Origin: Cercozoa sp. M6MM
Taxonomy: Eukaryota; Protista; Endomyxa: Ascetosporea
Assembly (NCBI GenBank): GCA_040357565.1
Contig: JBDODJ010000021.1
Reading direction: 5' to 3' (one strand)
DNA: 64,000 nucleotides
Part shown: positions 13,690 to 25,797 of the stretch, in pieces
Position numbering within the stretch: position 1 is the first letter of the stretch
Layout: the number at the start of each line of letters is the position of its first letter
Translations under genes and position numbers: made by a program
The notes under the pieces: model-generated
Databases searched by the model: none
Told to the model about the DNA's origin: nothing
The model's input: the letters and a program-made list of their open reading frames with translations, nothing else

Positions 13690-16600
13690 TACCAGATGAC
13701 GCTGCGCCGACGGCAGATCGTTCGGCACGAGTCGCGACGTCTCGCGGTCCAAGTCGTCTTGTGCCGAGTACCACGAGTCGTCGCTGTGAGTGCCCAGACT
13801 GTCCAGAGTGACGTCGTTGCCACTCAGTACGGCCACAGGTGGCAAGGCGCCTCTACACACCATGCATAGTTACATACACAAATATGCATACATATATACA
13901 CATACACACACACATACATATATACACATACACTCACACACTACACACACACATACATACACACACATACACACACATACATACATACACTATATATAGT
14001 AATAAAGGTACAGCAGCGGATGCGACAGGCCCTTGTGCACAGCCTCGACATCATCGGGCAGTGCACACAGCACGCGCAGCATGCGAGGCACGTGCGAGTG
14101 CACCATGGCAGGCATCAGTGTCACAGCACGTGCCAGCGTCGCCACGGCCGTCACGCGACCTTGCTGCGCCAGTGTCAGTACGCGCGGCAGCATCTCTGGC
14201 CCTGCACAAACAAGTGAGTCTTCAAACAAACAGCCCAGCAGGGGGGGGGGGGTACACTGTGGCACGCACGCCACGCCGAGTCGCGCCACGCAGGCGTGCG
14301 TCACTTCGAGCGCCGCGGCCGCCCGTGCGTCCGATCGCGTCAGCAGCGGCGACACACTGCGCAGCACCGTCTGCACCGTCGCTTCTGGTACCACCTGCAT
14401 CAGTCACACCGTCAATCATCACATTGAACGATCACACTGAGCCATCAGAGAAACGCGCGCACCTTGGCCGGTGTCAGGGCCGCCAGAATCTCCAGTGTCA
14501 GCACGCGCACGCGCTGCGTCGTCTTGTCGCCCTCAGTGACACCGTCAGTAGTATCATCAGTGGTATCATCAGTGACACCGTCAACCAGGTGAGACACGAG
14601 GCGCGTCCAATATGACACCGTGTCGGCATCGTCGACGACACCGCAGTTGACCACGTGCGGTGCACGTGCCAGTAGCACCTCCAGTGTGCGCACCGTGATC
14701 GCGCGTGCTCGCGGCACCGTCGCATCAGCCGAAACCGTCGCAGTCAGCAGACGCAGCGACAGACGCGCGAACTCACCGAGCGACACCAGCGCGTTCAACG
14801 ACAGCGCCGTCTCCTGGTACTCCTCCGGCACTGCACCAGGGGGGTAAAGGGGGTAAAGGGGGTAAATGGGGGGTAAAACTACTCTGATGCATCTGCTGGA
14901 AGACACGCTCGACGGCTTGGTGCAGGGCTTCTTCTCTGTGTATAAATAATATACTAAATGTATATAATATATAAAATACACATAAACATAGTATATGCAT
15001 AAAGTACCCTTCCTCGCCCAGAGCAGGCGACTCATCATCACGCAGCCAGCGTTTCACTGCACGCATACAAGATCTCCAGAAGGGTAGGGGCGGGGGGGGG
15101 TAAGTACCCAGCATGCGCACGACTCGGTGAACCACCGTCGCATCACGCACCGTCACGAATCGCTCAGTTTTCTAAGGGGGATAAGTAGGGGGTAAGAATA
15201 AGGACGGGTCGAGGAATAGACATACCACAGGCGCCAGTGCCGACACCAGAAGTGTCACAAGTCGCAAACGGTCCGGCCACGTGCACTGATCGATCAGTGG
15301 GTCAGCGATCAGTGCCTCGACACCGTCAGTGGCGGTATCATTGATTTCCAGCAGCAGCGCCGCCGACAGCGCCGCTGGCGTTGAACGACCGCGCGCCGAC
15401 GCGAAGGCTTCCAGCACGCTCTGGCGCAGTTCCTAGGGGGTTAAGGGGGTGAAAGGAGGGGGTAGGGGGTAAAAGGGGTAAAGCTACCGCGCGCAGTGCC
15501 GGCGACAGGTGCAGCAGCGGCGTCAGCGCCAAGACAGCACTCTCGTCGATGTGATTCACGGTGTGATCACTTGGCACGTGGGTTGACACGTGATCGTCCA
15601 CGTGGGCCAGTGCACGTGTCACTGGCGGCAGGCACACTCGCAGTGCACCCGCCAGACCGTCTTGCGCCAGCTTGCACTACGCAGACACAAGAGTTTTACC
15701 CCCCCCTTTTACCCCCCTAGAAAGAAGACTTACCATGACAGCAGAGAGTGCGGGACGCAGCTCTTGTGGCACTACCGTGTGCTGATCGGCGGACTGATCC
15801 GTGTCAGTGTCACCGTCGATCACTGCAGCGATCAATGCGGCCGCCACTTGCCACGTGCGCGCACGCATGTGACCACTCTGGCCAGACAGATCCACGAATG
15901 ACGGTAGCGACAGCACGTGCCGCACCGCCAGCGACAGCACCTGCTGAACGAGCTCGCTGCCAAGGGGAGGGGGGTAAAGAGGGGGGTAAGGGGGGGAGGG
16001 GGGTAAAGTACCTCTTGCATCGCACGCAGTCGGCAACGGCACGCAGTGCCACCAGACAGTGCTGCAGCAGTCGTTCCGCCAGCAGCACCGTGCTGACGGT
16101 TTCCGACTGATCCTCCGACTGATCGTTCGACTGATCGTCACCGTCAGAGTCCGAGTCGGTATCATTGATCTCGTCGTCGAACATGGCATCGGCATCAAGC
16201 GTCTTGGCGACGCTTTCGACAGCAGCGTCACCGCCAGCGTCACCGCCACTCACAGGCGTTTCTCTGATCGTTTCGACGGTTCGCAGTGCGAGATCACTGA
16301 TCGCCTGGACCAGTGCACCGTCGCCCTTGACACTGCCGGCCACGGCGCCGAGGATTCGCAGCACGCGCTCCTGCTTCACCTGGTCCTACCCGGAGGGGGT
16401 AAAGGGGGTAAGGTGGTGGGGGGGGGGGAGAGGTAATCGTATACCTGCTGTCGCGTGACATGACGACACCACCAGTCAGCACTCGTATGCGACGCCACTG
16501 CACCCTGTCGACACACGTGTCCAAAAGGTACCAGTCCAGTGAGACACGTGCCCAAAGATACCAGCACGGTTTCGACTTGATCGCGAAGTTCGAGCTGCGC

Positions 16601-19600
16601 GCTCGTGTCCAGCACGGCGTCCAACAGCTCGTCACTAAACAAAAAAAAAAGTACCACTGGATCACGTGGTCCCCGTGGGTCACGTGGCCTGACTGGGTCA
16701 CGTGACCCCAGTGGACACGTGTCAAGTGGCTACCGAGCCTTGCTGCCGAGTCGCGCACATGCTTGCGCCGACACGCGACGTAGCGCCACCTGCGACACCT
16801 GGAGACACAACTCACGCGCACGTGACTGAGCCGACTGAGTCGATGATTGAGCCAACAGGGCCGCCAAGTGCACGCACTTGATCAGCGCCAGTCGCAGACT
16901 CTTCAACTGTACACATGCATGTCCTTACTTATGTCCTTACTTGGGTCCATATATACCAAATATGGACAAGATTCCGTTCCTACCTGGACCAGTGTAGCCG
17001 GCACGGCGAAACGCAGCAGCGACACCAACGACGCCGCCAGCGACGCGCTCTGCCGCGCTCCGCGAACACCTTCCTTATTGCCTGGGGGGGGTAAAGGTGA
17101 GGCGGGGGGGGGGGGGNNNNNNNNNNNNNNNNNNNNNNNNNNNNNNNNNNNNNNNNNNNNNNNNNNNNNNNNNNNNNNNNNNNNNNNNNNNNNNNNNNNN
17201 NNNNNNNNNNNNNNNNGGGGGGGGGGGTAAAGAGGGGTAAAGGGGTAAAGAGGGGGGCAAAACTACCTTTGAGCCAGCGCAAAAGCCTCAGCGACGAGCC
17301 AATCGGCCAGTTTCTCGCGCACTTCCTTTTTGCCCTTGTCTACAAGCCCCCTTAAACAATGCACCTAACCCCCTTAAATAGAGAGCCTATACTGCTGATG
17401 AGTTGAGCCAATAGAGCCGGCAGCGCATGAGCCGCATGACGCAACTGCTGTCGCTGCTGCCACAGGTGCTGCAGCACGTGCGACGCCACCTTGTGCGGCA
17501 GCGGCTGGTGACCCAGCACGAGGCCTGGAGGGAAGGAGATAAGGGGGGGGGGGGTAAGGGGTAAGGGGTAAGAAAGCTACCGGCTTCAGTGTAGGCCTTG
17601 CACTTCTTCTTGGCGTCCTTTTTCTTTTTGTCGGCACCGGTGGCAGCAGGACCGTCGTTGAGCATGCGCAGCATCTGGCCCAGCGTCTGCACGGCCTCGT
17701 GCCGCACCTCGTCGACGCTGTGACTGGCGCAGCCCATCACGTCCGTCAGTGCTGCCTGCGCGTCCACCTGTACACACACACACATCTATAATATTATGTA
17801 TATAAATATATATATATATATATATGTATACTTGATCTGTCCAAATGGACAGGACAGACGGGCAGGACAGATGGACAGGACAGGTGGACAGCACAGGTGG
17901 ACACACGGTACCGAGCAAGTGTGCCGCCGCGCAAAGTCCTCCAGCGCCAGGCGCAGCAGCTGCAGCGCCAGTGCCTGCGCACGTGCCGGCACCGCCTGCG
18001 TCGGCGAACGCAGTCGGCACTACGCGCACATCACACATGAACACACTTTCAGACAGTCTTGTTTGTCAGACACTAGACACTAGACACTAGACACTAGACA
18101 CTAGACACTAGACACTAGACACTAGGAGGTTACCCGAACAAACTTAAGCGGTGCCGCCTGACAGAAGCGACGTCGCAGCAGCTGTAGCAGCCGCTCGCGC
18201 GTGCCACGCGTCTTGTTAACTCCTGGAAAGGGTAACGAAAGGTAAATCGATCGACTCAAGGGGGTAAGAGACAAGTACCGCCCTCAAAGAGACCGATATT
18301 GGCCAGCAAACGATCCATTCGCTCGTTCCACTTGATCTCGTTCTTGCTCTGTACGCAACCAAAAAAAAATAAAACGATTTCTTCACATGCTTTCACTTGC
18401 TTTGGCAGCTAAGAAACGCTGCTTACGTCCGAAGCAGGCAGACGACGCATCACACCAACCAGCAGCGCCACGCAACGACGTCTCTGAGCAAAAGCAGCAG
18501 TTAAAATCATAAAAGCATCGCAAAAACGAAATAACTCATGAAACAGACTGAGTTTTTAATAAAGGTTTAGTTTTTAGAAAAAAGAAAGAAACGAACCTGC
18601 AACACGTGCGGCGAGCTCTCCTTCATCAGCGGCGTCACATCGAAATTCTCCAAATCGCCCATCTGCTTTCATTTTTGCAAACCAGACTTCTATAACGCGA
18701 AACAAAAAAGAATCAAGAAACAAAACACACATCTGAAACGGCATTGCCGCCTTGGGCCAGCACAGCGTCACTCAGCACAAGCGCCTCGTCAATGGCACTG
18801 CTCGGGTCGGCTTCTACACCCGCGCGCATGGTCAAACAAAATCTAGGCAGGGGAAATAAAGATTACGCGACACAAACAGCGCGTGCAGCAGGCGAACGGC
18901 GCGAAGCGACACCAAGTCATGACGAACGCACGTACGCAACTCGTTGGACACCTCGTCCGTCTCTAAATTAGCAAGTTTCACATCCCACAGCACCAAAAAA
19001 CAAACGGAAAAATGAAATAAGGGGTACCTGGCAGATCGACTGGAATGGTCAAACTCGACGTAGCAACCGCTTTCGTGCCGAGCTAACACACTATACATAA
19101 CAAAAAGGGAGTTAAAAGAGCGTGAAATTACCTGCTCAAGACCAAGGCATTGTGAGGCGATTTTGGCAACGTGGTCCGGGACGCGCTCGTGTGTCATGGC
19201 AGCACATAGCAGGATGCACTGGCTCACCGCATCCGTGAGCACACCCTGTGCAGTGCCAAAAACTTAGTTAGCTCAGTTGTTTCTTCAGTTTTGGCGTTAG
19301 GCACAAAAATAAAAGGTGTCTTACGTGTCGCTTGGCGCACTGCAAGGTGTCCAGCAGCATCTCCGAGTGTCGCTGCACAGCATCGGCTGTGTGCAATTTC
19401 TGTGCCTCAGTTCGACCGTCCAGGTTCGGGTCCTGTGCCGCCAGCTGTCTCGCCTACACAGACACACGACAGGCAGTGGAGGCAGTAGAGTAGGCAGTAG
19501 AGTAACCACACCTGTAGCCAGTGCAGCGACAGCGTGCGCACAAGCTGCCGACGCAGCACGTCTTCGCCGAGCAGTGCGTCCAACTGCGGCATCTTGAGCA

Positions 19601-20615
19601 CCGAGCGCAGCACCTCCTTGTCCTGTGGGGGAGGGGTAAAGGATGCTGGGGGAGGGGGTAAAGGAGATGGGGAGGGGTGAATGCGTGTACCTCGTCCAGC
19701 AGGAGCTCCTGAAGCGCCAGATGAACGCCGTGCGCGCGCAGCTCGGGCACCACGTCAGCGCGTTTCTTGCGCAGTTGCTTGGTCACCTCACGCACGGCCG
19801 CCACGCGGATCGGCGCCTATCACAACCCAGTATAATTTGCAACATTAATATTTCCAACATTGATCGATCATTGGTCGATCATTGATCGATCAGTGATCAA
19901 GGGTCAAGACGGTGAGCACTCACCGTGGCATGTGCCAGTCGCAGACGCAGTGCGCCCGCGTCACACGCACCGTCACTCGGCGACACCGACATCAGCGCAC
20001 TGTCCACCAGCGACGCGAAACGCTCGATCAGCGCTTGCCGCTTCTGCGACCGGGGAGGGGGTGTGTCAAGGGGGTAAAGGGGGCGGGGGGGGGGGGGAGG
20101 GAGTAAAACTACAGCAGCAGCGTCCGAGACGTCCTGACAGCGGCGTCGCGCCAGCGCGTCGAACGTGCTCACGAAGGCGTCGGTGTGACGACGGTACAGT
20201 TGCGTGCACCTACACCGTCACATCAGTCAAGTCAGTGATCAGTCAAGTGATCAGTCAAGCACGTGTCAAGTGGTACCACTTGCGCAGCACTGGCGTCACC
20301 TCGTCATTGGCTGACCAGTATAATACACCCTCCTCATAGCCCTTTACCCATAGCCCTTTACCCCTCCCCCTGTACCCCGGGATACCTGAGAAGAGTGTGT
20401 CGACAATGGCTGGCAGCACGGCGTCGAACTGCGCGAACTGATCGCTCAGTCGCATGATCGCCTCGGTGATAACCGTATCGGCACCGTCGGCACCGCTGCT
20501 CAGCACGCTTACGCACGTGCTCCACATGGCACTCAGCAGCACCGTGTTGCTCACCTGCACCACACACACACACGCACACGTGTCAGAACAGGACGGTTGC
20601 CGTGGAGGAACGCTC

Positions 20616-20685
<70 letters not shown>

Positions 20686-22720
20686 CACACACACGTGCTA
20701 CCTTAGTGAGCGCCTGCGGCAGTTGCGTGCGCTGCAGCATGAGTGCCAATGTCTTGGCTACACACAGGTCAGGATCAATGGTCAGGATCAACGGGTTAGG
20801 GACGGGTAGGTATCAACGGGAGCACCAGGCAGCGAGCCGAGCTGACGCACTAGCATGCTTGTGAGTAGCGTGGCATCGCGCACGACATCGCTCGGTGCCT
20901 GCAGCGGCACGGCGTGCCACAGCGCCTGCAGCAGCACGCCGCACGACTCGCTCGACAGCGACACGAAGCGACATAAGTCGGCCGTCACACTCATGCCGGC
21001 GTTCAGCAGATCATCGCATGTTGGCCTGCAGCACTCCCCACATGAAATAAAAGATCACAAAACACAGTGCCTTAGAAGCAGTACACGCGCGGCACGAGCC
21101 GGCACTCCTTAAAGGCGTTGAGCGCCGTCTCTTGCAGCACCGGAAACACCGTCTGTAGCGACTGTGAGCCCTTCTGTCTCGCCTACAATCAAGGGAAACA
21201 ATAAAGTTGCAAACTACTTTTAAAAGGTCACAAAAAGCCAGACGACCAAGCCTACCATGTGCAGCGTTAGCGTGGCCAAATGCATCAACAGACAACATTG
21301 GCTCTGACGCGAATAACGCGGAGCCGACAGACCGCGTTTCTTCTGCAGACGACGATCGATACGAACGCCCTTGACACAGAGCGATGCCACGTGCCGCAGC
21401 ATCGTCGGGTCATCCAAACAACGGTTTGCCAGCGTCTGTCGCGCTAGTCCGCCTCCTGTCGACACACAAAGTTGGGTCGTCAGGGAAAAACAAGAAAACA
21501 ACAACGTAACGTAACACTACACGCGTGGAGAAACGCACCAGACAAGTTCTTAAGCAGCAAGTTCCATTTCGGGTCCTCCAGACGCGTCAATTTCGCCAGT
21601 CGGCCAAAAACCTGCACGGCAATTTTAACTTTCGGATTTGTGTGGAAGCGGCGTGGGTCCGAACAAGATACTGTACCGGCTCATCATGCACCGGCAGAGC
21701 CGACGACAGCAAAGCCTCACTGTTGAAACGATGCACATCGAATCGGCGCAGCAAGTGTTCCACGCATTGGTGTGCCGACTGCAGCCACACGGTATTTTGC
21801 AAACGTTATTTTGCAAATGGACTGGTCATATTTTACGGGGACGGGAGTGTATACCAAGGTGCGCCAATGCGGCGCCAGCAGCGACAGGAACTCATCTACT
21901 TTCTCGTTGAACGACTTCACTGTGGCCTGCACAAGAGTTTTTGGTCGGAGAGAATAAAGGCAGACAAAGAAGCACATACCGCCTTCGCGTGCAAGCGATC
22001 AAACTTGGCCAACTCGCCGTCTGCAGTTTGTGTTTATATTAAAAAAACAGCGGTGTTGCCTGAAACTACCTTTGCCCGTGCCAAACAAAGAGTTCTTGTA
22101 TCGAGCGAATCGCGGATCTAAAATCAAATAACATTGACCAACTAAACAACGTGCAAACCCAAAAAGATCGAGACGGTACCGACACTGCCGAGTTCGGTGA
22201 GTCCATTCCATGCTTGGTTCAGAATCTCCATGTCGTCCATGCTGCACACGAGCCAAAATTCTTTGGTCACTCGAAAACAACATTAAGTTTCGGTACCGAT
22301 CGGCCACCTTCGGATCGTACAACAATGAGACATTGCGTCTGCACACAAAAAGAAAGCGATCGTCCACGTAGTTGTTCCCACATTGTCCACCGGGAAACTA
22401 CCGAACGCGGAAGCGACCGCCGTCGCGTCCACCGTGCACGACGCGCGCTGTGCCGGAGCTGCCCAAGATGATCAGTCATCTTTACACAACAAAAAACATG
22501 ACATTGCAAAAACTCATACCCAGCAGCAGCGGCGTCATTCGCCAGGCGCTACAGTCAATCACAAAATCATTGATTGGGCTCAACACAGAGTGCTCAATCA
22601 GTGCGCGCAGCACGCTGCAGCGCCAGGGCACGCGAGGGGCGCCAATCGCCACCCCACAGCGCTCCCCACAGAAAAAAACACAGATCATACCGTAACCTGG
22701 CGAGTGAGTTCTGATGACAT
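11247..22720 (-). CDS. UTP10: U3 snoRNA-associated protein 10 / HEAT repeat protein 1 (small-subunit processome), dozens of introns
   Basis: N-terminus MSSELTRQ...VSLLYDPKVAD and AHQCVEHLLRRFDVHRFNSEALLSSALPVHD; C-terminus NWLPLLPETTPALAELLEHRDQHVEQLAQHVVKQVELLSGEDLRKYLR*, matching the HEATR1/Utp10 termini; Leu-rich HEAT-like exons in between. Confidence 0.9.
18069..18124. repeat. (GACACTA)8 heptamer tandem repeat in a UTP10 intron
   Basis: Eight perfect copies read directly. Confidence 0.95.
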
Positions 22721-22939
22721 GCGCTCGTATGAAACCGCACGTGAAGATGGCACTCGGTCGCAGCAAGCGTGTGGCTATCGTATTCTGATGATTGAAACAA
22801 TGAGGCGAAATGAGCCCACAGCCACAGGGCCACAGTTTTCAGAGCCGATCGCTTTCAGCACCCCTTAGCCACGACGCACGGCCAACCACGCGTGTGTCTG
22901 CCCTGTGGCATCTGTGGTGGTGCAGAACATAGACGCACA

Positions 22940-23525
22940 ATGTGGTAGATCATTTTCCCACAATGTTGGGCGTTGTCTATTTGCGTGTGGCATGTGCAGG
23001 GCCGCGAGACTAACGCGGCAATTGCGTCCCAGCGCGTTCGCGGGCTCAATGATGTCGATGCCGTCGATGTCGGTGCCGCAGATGCGATTCCGATCGCTCA
23101 AGTACTCAGTGAAAAAGGGCAAGCCGCGCAAGAAGGGTACCCCTCGCTGCTTTGTCGCTTTGCTTCGTATTTTATGATTTTCGTCTGGGCCTGCAGGCAT
23201 CACGTCGAACGCGCCGGATTTCTACGGCGCGCCCTTCCGAAAGGGCACGGTGCTCAAGGTGACGGTCATGTCGCCCAAGAAGCCGAACTCGGGTAACCGC
23301 AAGGTGTGCCGTGTGCGTCTCAACTACAAGCAAGCCGAGGTGTGGGCCTACATTCCTGGCCAAGGACATAACCTCCAGCAACACAGCATCGTGCTGCTGC
23401 GTGGTAACGGTCCCGCTGATGTGCCCGGTGTGCGTTACTCGGTCGTGCGTGGCGCCTACGACTGCGCCGGTGTCAAGGGCCGCAAGACCAAGCGATCCAA
23501 GTACGGTACCCCCAAGGGCGGCTAA
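22940..23525 (+). CDS. rps12: Mitochondrial (bacterial-type) ribosomal protein uS12, nuclear-encoded with an N-terminal presequence; 2 introns
   Basis: Spliced [23 protein letters not shown]... (Arg/Ser-rich, acid-free presequence), then [63 protein letters not shown]; TAA at 23523-23525. Confidence 0.93.
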
Positions 23526-23758
23526 CTGAACACTCGGTCTTCAACTAGTTAAGTTAGCTCTCACTTGACGTCTGGTCATCTGCTGGGTAGTAGACCCGGA
23601 TTGGCGGGGCGGCTCAATGGCGCACAATTGAAGACATACTGGCCAGCCCTGCGAACCTAGCAACACTCAACAGAATGCACCAAGGCACCAAGATCTCCTG
23701 GGACGAGGAACTGTCGAAGGACAACCAGCCTCCCAGCAGGCACTGGACCGAGAGGTCC

Positions 23759-23806
23759 ACATAGACTAGGCCACCACTCATAGCAGTGGTGGCCCTAAGT
23801 CTATGT
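23759..23806. other. Strong stem-loop followed by a GT-rich/T-rich tract, possibly the 3' end of a retroelement relic
   Basis: ACATAGAC-TAG-GCCACCACT pairs with AGTGGTGGC-CCTAA-GTCTATGT; followed by GTTTGTGTTTTTGTTTTT. Confidence 0.55.
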
Positions 23807-23932
23807 CCGTTTGTGTTTTTGTTTTTATCGAGTGGAGAGACGGGAGGACGACGACGGGACGACCCGACGCCGCCTGTGACGCCTCTCTACTTGTAGCCCG
23901 CTACCTGCACCAACCATGAAGTCGACTTCGGT

Positions 23933-24025
23933 GTTAGTTAGTTGAGTCTTTTAGGAAACCAACTATGTAGTTCCCCTGCACCAGTCTGGGGTGGGTCACA
24001 AGAGCATGGCCGTGTCTACCGCCCG
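23933..24025. mobile_element. Short interspersed repeat, copy A (~90 bp, (GTTA)n end)
   Basis: Near-identical to 52357-52456 over ~85 bp (GTTGAGTCTT.TAGGAAACCAACTATGTAGTTCCCCTGCACCAGTCTGGGGTGGGTCACAAGAGCATGGCCGTGTCTAC). Confidence 0.85.
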
Positions 24026-24100
24026 CTTAGGGTAGGACCATACAACTCCCCTTTTGACGTTCCCCAGACACCGAAGTCGACGCACCAACCATGAAGTCGA

Positions 24101-24154
24101 CGGACTGGTGCAGGGGAACTCCATACTTGGTCCCAGAAGACTCAACTAACTAAC
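24101..24154. mobile_element. Short interspersed repeat, copy D (inverted relative to copy A, diverged)
   Basis: Reverse complement GTTAGTTAGTTGAGTCTTCTGGGACCAAGTATGGAGTTCCCCTGCACCAGTCCG aligns to copy A with a few mismatches and a 2-nt gap. Confidence 0.8.
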
Positions 24155-24371
24155 TGGCGGGGCGGTTGTGAAAATCCAACCGTTATGCGGTACTCAGTTT
24201 CCTTGACGGACCTAATATTTGCTCTTGGGTGTCTGGTATGTTTAGGTAGATACTGTAAATTTACTCTCCTGGGAGTATCGTTTTTAACTATTTTGACGAG
24301 AGGGATTTCCCCAAACACGCGCCGCCAATCCGGGACAAATCCAATGCATGGCATGGCAGTCACTCAACGGT

Positions 24372-25513
24372 TCATGGTGACAAGTTGCCTGCTGCATCGG
24401 GTCGAGCCAACACGAACTGCGACGCCGTGAATGTGCCTTCGGTTTACCAGTTCATGTGTGAATTGAATGTAATCGAACTGCCAGGTATCAAACTTACCCA
24501 TCGAGCCGGCATCAAGCGTCACTTTGCGTTGTTTGCGCACCTGCAGGCCGGTGCCCTATCGTATACGTGTTGACAAATGTTGGCAACTCATGCTGATAAC
24601 TGAAACATGCAAAGAGCACAGTACCTTAAACAGAGCGTGCACAGTATCGGTATTTCCGCCCCGTCCTGGCATCTCGGGCATGTCGATCAACTCCAAAAAC
24701 AACGTGCCTACGTATGTCGCTTAATGTAATAAAAGTTATCTATACAGTAAGTTATTGATGCTAAAAGCAAATCGTGCTGTTATACCTTCCGGCGAAAGCA
24801 GGCGCAACAAATGTGCGACGTAGTCTGCACGGTACTGTTCTGGCACGGCGTTGAGTGCTCCTCTTCTCAAAATCAGTCAAAGTCCACAAATATAAAAATA
24901 AAACGTTGACTGTACCGGTCATAGATGTAATCGATGGTCTGATCGTCTGTGACTCGTTGTGCCAGCACATCGCCCTGTGTCACGATCAAAGTGGCACCTC
25001 CCTGTCCGTTAAACTTATATATACATGAGTGTATCTATAAATAGTACACTGAAAGTCAGGATTGTACCTTTTCGAGAGTGATTACCCTCTCAGCACGCTC
25101 GTTCGACGACTCGTTTTTCACGACGAAACCGTCGTCGGAGAAGCGTTTAATGACGCTGTCGACTCCGAGAGTCGAGTACTCCACCGCATATACTGCGGAA
25201 TCGGCAACTGCGAGGGTCTCTAGCGAGTGCGAAGCGCCGCACATGGGCACATAAGCCTTGGCAATCCGGCCGTCCGGCTTCGACCATGTGATCTAAGCAG
25301 CTAACTCTCTCACTGCACTGGAGTTATGGGAGGGGGGTTCGCAGATAGTTTTACGTTCGCATCAGCATCTTCAAAGTCATGCCAGGTGGCGTTGCCATCT
25401 AACAACAGCAACCAAACTCGAGATCCTTTCATTTTTCAATTCAAACCAAACAAATCAACGAACAAGCAACCTTCCCAACACTTGTCCCAACCGCACAGCT
25501 CTTCAGAGTCCAT
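24372..25513 (-). CDS. Thiopurine S-methyltransferase (TPMT)-family SAM-dependent methyltransferase, 8 exons
   Basis: Spliced translation MDSEELCGWDKCWEDGNATWHD...AYVPMCGASHSLETLA...VYAVEYSTLGV...LIVTQGDVL...IDYIYDRGALNAVPEQYRADYVAHLLRLLSPEGTLFL follows the TPMT motif order (W..W..G...H; VPxCG; VE.S; GD; YDRxA..A.P...R..Y...L..LL.P.G). Confidence 0.8.
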
Positions 25514-25797
25514 TTATGCGCTCGTTTCACACTTAGTGCGCAGGTGAGGGTTCAAAACCTCAAAGAAGACTCCAGAGACCCAGCAGAGATCACAAAAATT
25601 CGGCTCCGGGCCACCTGCAGTCCGCGGTTTTGTCCGGAAAAACGCCCGTTTTGGAATCAGGCTCACGCTATCACAATTCACTCACGCAATTGGACTCCGG
25701 GGGGTGTGCCTATACAAAGATAGACGTGGCGGCCGCGCGAGACGTAGCGTGAGACAAACCGAGGAACTCTTTTTTGTGACTGGAGAAAAACCCTGCA

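Noticed and set aside
18069-18124. CRISPR-like or other prokaryotic arrays
   Set aside because: Repeats here are spacer-less tandem units in a spliceosomal-intron genome; no cas genes.
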